Below, in pieces: positions 56,845 to 64,000 of a DNA stretch of 64,000 bases. A program made the position numbers and the translations under genes. Every line of letters starts with the position of its first letter. The first letter of the stretch is position 1. The DNA lies in NCBI GenBank assembly GCA_011389985.1, contig JAABTH010000004.1, forward strand, positions 65,846 to 129,845, written 5' to 3'. The stretch comes from Bacillota bacterium (GTDB taxonomy: Bacteria > Bacillota > Dethiobacteria > DTU022). The notes under the pieces are model-generated. The model did no database searches. It was not told the origin of the DNA and was given only the letters and a program-made list of their open reading frames with translations.

Positions 56845-59226
56845 TTAAACCAAATCGTGAGCGGTACGTGCTATAATCTCATTTTGAAGCTGTTCGCTAA
56901 GGTTATTAAAATAGTCACTGTAACCGGCTACCCTGACAATTAAACTGCGAAATTGTTCTGGGTTTGCCTGAGCTTTTTTCAAAGTATCTGCATCAATAAC
57001 ATTAAACTGTAGATGATGACCGTCCATTCTGAAATAAGATCTGACAAGATGGACCAGATTATCCAGACCTTTTTCACCGGTGAGTACTTTCGGCGAAAAT
57101 TTAAGATTAAGTAAAGTTCCCCCCGTTGCCAGGTGATCCATTTTAGCAGCTGATTTAATCACAGCAGTCGGTCCGTTAAGGTCGTTGCCCTGAACAGGTG
57201 AAATGCCTTCAGACAGTGGCATTCCGGACAAGCGGCCATCAGGAGTAGCCCTGATTACTGAACCAAAGTATACATGAGATGTAGTGGGCAGCATGTTGAT
57301 TCTGTATGTGGCGCCACGTATACTCTTGCGTCCATCAACTAAACGGTGAAAGATTTGGAAGACATTTTGCATGATAATGTCCGCATAGTCTTCATCATTG
57401 CCGTAATGGGGAGTTTTATTAACGATGTACTGGCGCATGGCTTCTTGTCCTGAAAAGTTATTAGCTAATGCAGAAAGTAGTTCATCCCAACTGTATTTCT
57501 GCTCATCATAAATATGTTTTTTAATCGATGTTAAAGAGTCAGTAATTGACCCTATGCCTACACCCTGGATATAGTTTGTATTGTAGCGTGATCCACCGGA
57601 ATTGTAATCTTTAGCTTTATCAATGCAGTCATCGATAATTAGTGACAGAAAAGGTGCCGGCATAGAATCTGCATAAAGTTTTTCAATCAGCTGGTTACCG
57701 GCAATTTTGATCTCCAAAAAATGTTGAAGCTGAGTTTCAAAAGCATCCATCAGCTGATCAAAACTTTCAAAGTTACCCGGATCACCAGTGTCCGGCCCAA
57801 GTTTTTTACCGGTTAATGGATCACGGCCGCGGTTCATCGTTATTTCCAAAACTTTGGTCAGGTTGAAATAGCCGGTCAGGATGTAACTTTCTTTTCCGAA
57901 AGCGCCGGTTTCAACACAACCACTTATGCCGCCATTTCGCGCATCAACCAGTGACTTGCCCTGGACCAGTAATTCCTGAATTACCGCTTCTACATTAAAT
58001 ACAGAAGGTTGTCCCCAGCCTTTGCGGATTATTTCCCCTGCTTTCCTGATAAAAAGGTCCGGGCTTTTTTTACTAACCTGTATATTTGTGCTTGGCTGAA
58101 GAAGTCGCATTTCATCAATAACTTCCAACAGAAGATAGGTGAGTTCGTTAACCCCGCTATTGCCATCAGGTTTTAGCCCGCCCAGGTTAATATTTGAAAA
58201 ATCTGTATAAGTACCACTTTCCTTTAAAGTTATTCCCACTTTTGGAGGAGCAGGTTGATTATTAAATTTGATCCAGAAGCATTCAAGCAACTCTTTTGCT
58301 TTATCTTTGCATAAAGAGTTATTATTTATACCTTTGCTGTAGAACGGCCAGATATGCTGGTCAAGCCTTCCGGGGCAGAAAGCGTCCCAGGTATTTAATT
58401 CAGTTATAACCCCGAGGTGGATAAACCAGTAGTGTTGAAGAGCTTCCCACATATCACGGGGTGCATTTGCCGGAACATTATCACAAACAAAGGCAATTTT
58501 AAGCAGCTCTTCTCTTCTTCCTGTCGATTTTTCAGATTCGGCCAGCTCTCTTGCTCTGTCAGCATGCCTTTTTGCATAAGTTATTATTGAATCAGCACAT
58601 ATCGCCATCGCTTGCAGCTGTTCACTTTTAGCCAGTGCTTCTTGATCTTCTATAAAATCAATTGAATCGAGTTTGCGGGCGATTTGCTTTTTTAAATCAA
58701 GCATGCCCATATTATAGATTTTATCACCCGCTACCGTATGTCCCGGAGCACGCTGTTCCATGAATTCTGTGAAAATACCGGCTTCGTAACAGTTATGCCA
58801 ATCACTACTCATTTTACTGAAGATAATGTCCCGCATTGAACGGCCCTTCCAGTATGGGATAATCTCATTTTCCTGAGTATTCCTTACATCATCGCTTACA
58901 TCAAATGAAATCTTCTCACGTTCTGAGATTACCGAAAGATCATCGATTGTATGACAACAAAGTTCCGGATAGGTAGGAGTAGCCTGCGGTCCGGTTCCAC
59001 GTTCGCCGACAATTAATTCACCATGGTTAATGCATATAGTTTTGTTTTCCATTAGGTGTTTGAAAGTCAGAGCTCTCAGTAAAGGCATACTCACCTTGTT
59101 TGCATATTTTTTATATACTTCTGTAACTAAAAGAGCTCTTTCAATGGTGATTGAAGGCACAGTTGATTCGCTTTGGATTCGCAGATTTTGCACTCTTTCA
59201 TTTGTACCCCGTTTGATGTTATTCAT
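56845..59226 (-). CDS. glycyl radical enzyme (PFL-fold; candidate hydroxyproline dehydratase-type GRE)
   Basis: 793 aa; Cys loop GGISGCVETG; glycyl radical motif RVAGYSDYFNNLS near the C-terminus. Confidence 0.85.
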   Translation of the reverse strand: MNNIKRGTNERVQNLRIQSESTVPSITIERALLVTEVYKKYANKVSMPLLRALTFKHLMENKTICINHGELIVGERGTGPQATPTYPELCCHTIDDLSVISEREKISFDVSDDVRNTQENEIIPYWKGRSMRDIIFSKMSSDWHNCYEAGIFTEFMEQRAPGHTVAGDKIYNMGMLDLKKQIARKLDSIDFIEDQEALAKSEQLQAMAICADSIITYAKRHADRARELAESEKSTGRREELLKIAFVCDNVPANAPRDMWEALQHYWFIHLGVITELNTWDAFCPGRLDQHIWPFYSKGINNNSLCKDKAKELLECFWIKFNNQPAPPKVGITLKESGTYTDFSNINLGGLKPDGNSGVNELTYLLLEVIDEMRLLQPSTNIQVSKKSPDLFIRKAGEIIRKGWGQPSVFNVEAVIQELLVQGKSLVDARNGGISGCVETGAFGKESYILTGYFNLTKVLEITMNRGRDPLTGKKLGPDTGDPGNFESFDQLMDAFETQLQHFLEIKIAGNQLIEKLYADSMPAPFLSLIIDDCIDKAKDYNSGGSRYNTNYIQGVGIGSITDSLTSIKKHIYDEQKYSWDELLSALANNFSGQEAMRQYIVNKTPHYGNDEDYADIIMQNVFQIFHRLVDGRKSIRGATYRINMLPTTSHVYFGSVIRATPDGRLSGMPLSEGISPVQGNDLNGPTAVIKSAAKMDHLATGGTLLNLKFSPKVLTGEKGLDNLVHLVRSYFRMDGHHLQFNVIDADTLKKAQANPEQFRSLIVRVAGYSDYFNNLSEQLQNEIIARTAHDLV

Positions 59227-60139
59227 TTTTCTGTTCTACCTCGCTGATTATATTAATTCCTCTTTCTGCAAGAAAAGTTCTGATATGTTCAAGGGCTTCA
59301 GGACCGGGAATATTGATGCCGCTCATTTTGTAATCAAGATCCAGGTTTATATATTTTGCTGAACCAAGTTTATGGTAAGGGATAAGCTCCAAAGAGTTAA
59401 TTCCTTCTCGTTTCAACACTGCTGCGACCTGATTCAGGCTGGCCGCGTCGTCGTTAACAGTGGGGATGACAGGCATTCTTACCAAAATTTCAGCTTCATT
59501 TGCAATTAGGTTATGTAAGTTTTCTAAGATTGGCTTCATATCGACCCCAAGGTACTTTTTAGATTTTCTTGCATCAGCAATTTTTAGATCATAAATATAA
59601 AGATCTGTATATGGCATAGTATCCCTTAAACCGGACCAGTTAGCAAACCCCGAAGTTTCAATGGCGGTATGGATTCCCTCGTGCTTTAAAGTCTCTAAAG
59701 TTTCAATTAGAAAATCAGGTTGCATCAGCGGTTCCCCGCCTGAAAAAGTTGCCCCGCCTCCCGATTCTTCAAAAACAATTCTATCTTTTATTATTTCATT
59801 AACTAGCTCCACTACATTAATTTCCCGGCCTGCTTCTTCGAGCGTTTCTGTCGGACAATTCGCAGCACATAACATACAAAGGCTGCAACGCTTACGATCT
59901 ATGAAAGGACCGTTATCTGTTAATTGAACTGCCTTTTCCGGGCAATGCTCAACGCAAAATCGGCATGATATACAACGATCAGGGTGTTTAAAAAGCACTT
60001 TATCCCGTTTGATGCCTTCCGGGTTTTGGCACCAGGGGCAGCTTAACGGGCAGCCTTTAAAAAAAACAGTTGTTCTAATACCTGGTCCGTCATGCAGAGA
60101 AAACCGTTGGATGTTAAAAATTATGCCTTTATTCATCAT
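59219..60139 (-). CDS. glycyl-radical enzyme activating enzyme (radical SAM, with ferredoxin-like insert)
   Basis: 306 aa; CPLSCPWCQNPE radical-SAM cluster plus two extra Cys clusters; overlaps the downstream GRE by 8 nt. Confidence 0.85.
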   Translation of the reverse strand: MMNKGIIFNIQRFSLHDGPGIRTTVFFKGCPLSCPWCQNPEGIKRDKVLFKHPDRCISCRFCVEHCPEKAVQLTDNGPFIDRKRCSLCMLCAANCPTETLEEAGREINVVELVNEIIKDRIVFEESGGGATFSGGEPLMQPDFLIETLETLKHEGIHTAIETSGFANWSGLRDTMPYTDLYIYDLKIADARKSKKYLGVDMKPILENLHNLIANEAEILVRMPVIPTVNDDAASLNQVAAVLKREGINSLELIPYHKLGSAKYINLDLDYKMSGINIPGPEALEHIRTFLAERGINIISEVEQKNE

Positions 60140-60214
60140 ATCTCCGTTTCACTGACAATAAATATTATAACAGAACATAAGACAAGATGTTAGTATCAAC
60201 AATATACTGCACTA

Positions 60215-60247
60215 TTCAGGTATGCTATAATTAATTAGTAACCTGAA
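60215..60247 (+). promoter_or_regulatory. extended -10 promoter (TGCTATAAT) for GRE2, bracketed by the 7-bp inverted repeat TTCAGGT-N19-ACCTGAA
   Basis: the inverted-repeat arms flank the -10 hexamer in the divergent intergenic region; the opposite strand carries TGTTATAAT (60165-60173) for the AE1-GRE1 operon. Confidence 0.4.
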
Positions 60248-60266
60248 ATAAGCTGGAGGGATTTAA

Positions 60267-62684
60267 ATGCCTCAAATAAAACAAGAAAAAGCAGGGTTAA
60301 ATATTGATCCTGCTTACATGAAGCGGGTAACCTTTCTTAAACGCAGGGTGCTTAATACCCGGCCGGAAATGGATCTGGAAAACGCCAGGCTGCTGACAAG
60401 AGGTTTTCGGGAAGCTGAAGGTGAACCACTTGTAGTTCGTAAAGCCAAAGCTTTTCGGAAACAGTGTTATGAAAAAACAGTTAAGATCTGGGATGAAGAA
60501 CTGATTGTCGGCTGTTCAGGCAGTAAAATCAGGGCAGGTATTCTCTGCGCCGATTCCTGCTGGTCAGTTCTTGACGAAGAACTCGACACGATTAGCAGCA
60601 GAAGATATGATCCCTTTAATCTCAAGCCTGAAGACAGGCTTGCTTTTGAAGAGGAAATTCGTCCTTATTGGAAAGGACGTTCAAATTACGAGGAATGGTT
60701 GGCCCAGATTCCCGATGATACAAGGACTCTTCGCGACAATGGAGTGGTATACATTGATCGAAAGGCAGTGCGTGGCTGGGGTGAAACAACGGCCGGCTAT
60801 GAATGGCTGATAAACGAAGGCCTGGACGGAATAATAAAAACTATTGAAGATCGAAAATCAAGGCTTGATATAACAAATTCGGGAGATTACGAGAAAGACT
60901 ATTATCTCAAATCGCTTTTGATAATAGCTGACGGTATGACCAGGCTTGCCGAAAGATATGCAGAAGAAGCTGAACAGATGGCATCCCGCGAAGGTGACGA
61001 ACGGCGCAAAGGTGAACTGCTGGAAATTGCAAAAACTTGCCGTCGCGTCCCCGTAAAGCCGGCCCGCACTTTCCGCGAAGCCTTGCAGTCGCTATATTTT
61101 TACCAAACAATGATATTCATGGAGCAGAATGCTGCCAGTTATAACCCCGGCAGAATGGATCAGTATCTCTGGCCATTTTATAGGAAGGATCTTGAAGCCG
61201 GGCACATTACATCTGAACAAGCGCAGGAACTGCTCGATTGCCTCTGGGTCAAATTCAGCGAACCCTGTCTTTTCCAGGATGCTCAGACAGCAGAATTTGC
61301 AGCCGGTTATCCTATGTTTCAAAATGTATGTGTAGGAGGTGTTGACGATACCGGTAAAAATGCTGTTAATGATCTGTCCTACATGATTCTTCAGGCGACC
61401 ATGGATGTCCGATTATACCAACCTTCACTTTCGGTACGTTATAGTGTTTCGAAAAACCCTAATTCTTTTTTGCGTAAGGTAGTGGAGCTGATCAGGTTGG
61501 GAACAGGATTTCCCGCTTTTCACAACGACGATATCGGCACTACAATGCTTATGAACAAAGGCGTGCCACTGAAGGAGGCATACAACTGGAATCCCTGTGG
61601 TTGTGTTGAGACAAATCTGGAAGGTCGGATGCGTCAGTACACCGCCCTGGCTGATATTAACCTTGGCAGTATGGTTGAATTCGCCCTGCTTAACGGGATG
61701 AACAGAAAAAGCGGCTTAACCATATCTGTAAAAACCGGGGAGCCAACGGAATTCGATTCCTATGATCAGTTCCTGGATGCTGTTAAAAAACATTTAGCAT
61801 ATGCAACAAGAGCTGTCGTAGCCGGAAGTCACATTATCGATGAGATCGGTTTGAACAGACCTGTTCCTGCTCTTTCTCTTACTTTCAAAGAATGTATAGA
61901 TAATGCAAAAGATTATGCCTGGGGTGGCGCTAAATATAACGTAGGTAATGGTATTATTCTGATTGGAGTAGCCGACTTGATCAATAGTATTGCAGCTGTT
62001 AAATATCTTGTATTTGATACCGGAAAAATCACAATGAAGAAGCTTATAGAAGCTCTTGATCAAGATTTTAAAGGTTTCGAAGATATTCGTAAGCTTTGTC
62101 TTGAGGCTCCCAAATACGGTAATGATGATCCTTATGCCGATGAAATTGCAGGAGAGGTATTTACTTATATTGCAGATGAAATTGAACGTTATAAAAGCAA
62201 ATATGGAACTATGACACCCGGCATTCTACCTGTTTCAGGAAATACACCTTTCGGCCTCGAAGTAGGAGCTCTGCCGTCGGGACGAAAAGCCTGGCAGCCA
62301 CTGGCTGATGGAGTTAGTCCCAGTGGAGGAACTGATTTAAACGGACCAAGTGCAGTAATAAAATCAGTTGCCCATATTCCACATGGCCGGTTTGTTCAGG
62401 GCACCCTGCTCAACATGAAGATTGAACCCGCTATGCTCAATTCGGAAAACGGTATAACCCAGCTTATGGCGCTGTTAAAAAGTTTATGCAGTCTTGGTAT
62501 CTTCCATGTCCAGTTCAATGTCATAGACCAGGAAACTCTGATCAAGGCACAACAGGATCCTGATAATTATAAAGGATTGCTTGTAAGGGTGGCCGGCTAT
62601 ACAGCCTATTTTGTTGAGCTTGGTAAAGATGTTCAGGATGAAATCATCGGACGCACGGTCCAGCACGGTATTTCGCTGGGATGA
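60267..62684 (+). CDS. glycyl radical enzyme, second paralogue (substrate unknown)
   Basis: 805 aa; Cys loop NPCGCVETN; glycyl radical motif RVAGYTAYFVELG. Confidence 0.85.
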   Translation: MPQIKQEKAGLNIDPAYMKRVTFLKRRVLNTRPEMDLENARLLTRGFREAEGEPLVVRKAKAFRKQCYEKTVKIWDEELIVGCSGSKIRAGILCADSCWSVLDEELDTISSRRYDPFNLKPEDRLAFEEEIRPYWKGRSNYEEWLAQIPDDTRTLRDNGVVYIDRKAVRGWGETTAGYEWLINEGLDGIIKTIEDRKSRLDITNSGDYEKDYYLKSLLIIADGMTRLAERYAEEAEQMASREGDERRKGELLEIAKTCRRVPVKPARTFREALQSLYFYQTMIFMEQNAASYNPGRMDQYLWPFYRKDLEAGHITSEQAQELLDCLWVKFSEPCLFQDAQTAEFAAGYPMFQNVCVGGVDDTGKNAVNDLSYMILQATMDVRLYQPSLSVRYSVSKNPNSFLRKVVELIRLGTGFPAFHNDDIGTTMLMNKGVPLKEAYNWNPCGCVETNLEGRMRQYTALADINLGSMVEFALLNGMNRKSGLTISVKTGEPTEFDSYDQFLDAVKKHLAYATRAVVAGSHIIDEIGLNRPVPALSLTFKECIDNAKDYAWGGAKYNVGNGIILIGVADLINSIAAVKYLVFDTGKITMKKLIEALDQDFKGFEDIRKLCLEAPKYGNDDPYADEIAGEVFTYIADEIERYKSKYGTMTPGILPVSGNTPFGLEVGALPSGRKAWQPLADGVSPSGGTDLNGPSAVIKSVAHIPHGRFVQGTLLNMKIEPAMLNSENGITQLMALLKSLCSLGIFHVQFNVIDQETLIKAQQDPDNYKGLLVRVAGYTAYFVELGKDVQDEIIGRTVQHGISLG

Positions 62685-63643
62685 AAGATAAAGATATTGT
62701 GAAGAAAAATAAGGTAAAAGGCAATATTATCAGGATCGAAAGATCTTCCATACATGACGGACAGGGCTTAAGAACAGTAATATTTTTAAAAGGCTGTAAG
62801 CTAAGCTGTCCCTGGTGTTCTACGCCTGAATCGCAATCTTTTGAATTTGAGAAAGGCTACGATCAGAGACTATGTACAGTCTGCGGCCAGTGCGTTGAGT
62901 CCTGCCCTGAAAATGCTATCTCTTTTTTTAATGATGGTCTGAGCGTTAGTACTGACAAAGATAAATGTGTAAGATGTTTTCGATGTTTTGAGGTGTGCCA
63001 GGCTAATGCAGTTAAAAAGTACGGATTCACTGTTTCTGTTGATGACTTAATGAAGGAGATTAGTAAGGATGAAATATTCTACTTCCACTCTGAAGGCGGG
63101 ATAACAATTAGCGGAGGAGAACCGCTCTGCCAGCCTGTTTTCTGCGCCGCACTTCTAGAAGAATGCAAAAAAGTTGGTATTCACACAGCTATGGAAAGCA
63201 GTCTTCATACCTCTTACAGCAGCTTTAATAAAGTACTGCCCTGGATCGATCATCTCTATGCCGACCTTAAACATATGGATAACCAGATGCATGCTCTATG
63301 GGTGGGGGAAAGCAATCATCTTATTCTCGAAAATCTGCTGAGAGCAGATCAAACTGATTATTCTTATCGATTAACAATTCGCCTTCCTCTTATTCCAGGT
63401 TTTAACGATACAGATCTCAATCTTCAAGCTACAATAGATTTTTGCCGGAAACTGAAAAAAATAAAAGAAATAGAACTGTTACCTTATCATCGATTAGGTA
63501 GTGATACTTATCGCCTGCTTGGATTAGATTACAAATGTCGCGAACTTATGCCACCTTCAATAGATCACCTTGACGAGCGGGTGGCTTATATGAACAGCCT
63601 TTCATCCGGTATTCCTATAAAAACAGGTAGCGGAATTACCTGA
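62681..63643 (+). CDS. glycyl-radical enzyme activating enzyme (radical SAM)
   Basis: 320 aa; CKLSCPWCSTPE plus two ferredoxin-like Cys clusters; 4-nt overlap with GRE2. Confidence 0.85.
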   Translation: MKDKDIVKKNKVKGNIIRIERSSIHDGQGLRTVIFLKGCKLSCPWCSTPESQSFEFEKGYDQRLCTVCGQCVESCPENAISFFNDGLSVSTDKDKCVRCFRCFEVCQANAVKKYGFTVSVDDLMKEISKDEIFYFHSEGGITISGGEPLCQPVFCAALLEECKKVGIHTAMESSLHTSYSSFNKVLPWIDHLYADLKHMDNQMHALWVGESNHLILENLLRADQTDYSYRLTIRLPLIPGFNDTDLNLQATIDFCRKLKKIKEIELLPYHRLGSDTYRLLGLDYKCRELMPPSIDHLDERVAYMNSLSSGIPIKTGSGIT

Positions 63644-64000
63644 GAATAAAGCCGTGTCTTAAAGGATCATCCGGATCTATAATTAGCTTATTGATTCCGC
63701 ATATGTGAGCAGAGCCTGTTACTTTTGGTATAACTGCATCATAAGGGCCAAAAGTGGTTTTTTCTACTGCCTCACCCGTAAAACAGCTGCCCAGGATACT
63801 TTCCACCACAAAAGGTTCGTTAATTGCAAGATCACCTTTACTAATGTGGATTGCCGCTCTGGCACTCACTCCAGTACCTGTAGGGCTTCGATCTACTTCG
63901 CCGTCAGCAAAAACACAGACATTCCTGCTGTGATTTCCCGGTTGCTCGGCCTTTCCGATAAATATAATTCCATAGAGAAAACCGAGGTCGTCTTCAAAGG
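63636..64000 (-). CDS. proline racemase superfamily enzyme, C-terminal ~120 aa only (5' end beyond the window); Cys->Thr at the second catalytic position suggests a trans-3-hydroxy-L-proline dehydratase-type enzyme
   Basis: minus-strand translation ...NHSRNVCVFADGEVDRSPTGTGVSARAAIHISKGDL...KVTGSAHICGINKLIIDP...; matches the family motif DRSPCGTGTSA with T in place of C; converges on and overlaps AE2 by 8 nt. Confidence 0.6.
   Translation of the reverse strand, partial: FEDDLGFLYGIIFIGKAEQPGNHSRNVCVFADGEVDRSPTGTGVSARAAIHISKGDLAINEPFVVESILGSCFTGEAVEKTTFGPYDAVIPKVTGSAHICGINKLIIDPDDPLRHGFILR

Noticed and set aside
1-64000. CRISPR arrays, rRNA genes, IS elements with inverted repeats
   Set aside because: I found no regularly spaced direct repeats, no rRNA-like conserved stretches and no transposase ORFs.

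Overview
This is a low-GC, Firmicutes/Clostridia-type chromosomal segment (spoVS is present). Many ORFs start with TTG or GTG, and the ORF track translates these as M. The first ~26 kb on the + strand is a conserved housekeeping backbone: ylxR-infB-rbfA-nrnA-truB-ribF-rpsO-pnp-dut-rnj, uppP, ftsK-rimO-cinA-thpR-recA-recX, rny-ymdB-spoVS, a PHP phosphoesterase, three subunits of a Na+-pumping biotin decarboxylase (delta, biotin carrier, beta; no alpha), gltX and a tRNA-Gln(CUG). Positions 26.7-31.7 kb on the - strand look accessory: a 38-40 aa membrane peptide, a GT4 glycosyltransferase, a CapA-like metallophosphatase, an acidic lipoprotein and an atypical short tyrosine recombinase with a C-terminal zinc ribbon. 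Positions 32-43 kb hold a T-box-like leader plus leuA, lexA, and hflX-hfq-miaA-mutL-mutS-miaB on the - strand. Positions 43-64 kb are the unusual part. They contain a ROK glucokinase, a short LeuA/NifV-family synthase and proC. Next comes a translationally coupled three-gene unit: an HcnC/SoxB-like FAD amine dehydrogenase, a 1294-aa Fe-S/flavoprotein megafusion, and a fused NuoE-NuoF-ferredoxin protein of HydB/HndC type. I read this unit as a candidate NAD(H)- and ferredoxin-linked, possibly electron-bifurcating, amine/imine oxidoreductase that has not been described. Upstream of it is a long GC-rich leader with two promoters. After it come rocD with a small leader ORF and hairpin, tRNA-Trp, two divergently transcribed glycyl-radical enzyme/activase pairs, and a truncated proline-racemase-family gene. 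In that last gene the second catalytic Cys is Thr (SPTGTG), which predicts a hydroxyproline dehydratase rather than a racemase. Together these suggest an anaerobic ornithine/proline/hydroxyproline locus. I also found a Cheo-type SOS box inside the ftsK promoter, which lies upstream of the gene run leading to recA-recX, and dut appears to use a non-canonical start codon. The displayed sequence and the ORF track disagree by one base between about 4740 and 5774. There is an extra c near 4740: the display reads gtccctg where the truB protein requires gtcctg. CDS coordinates below follow the ORF track; RNA and motif coordinates read from the sequence are +/-2 nt.
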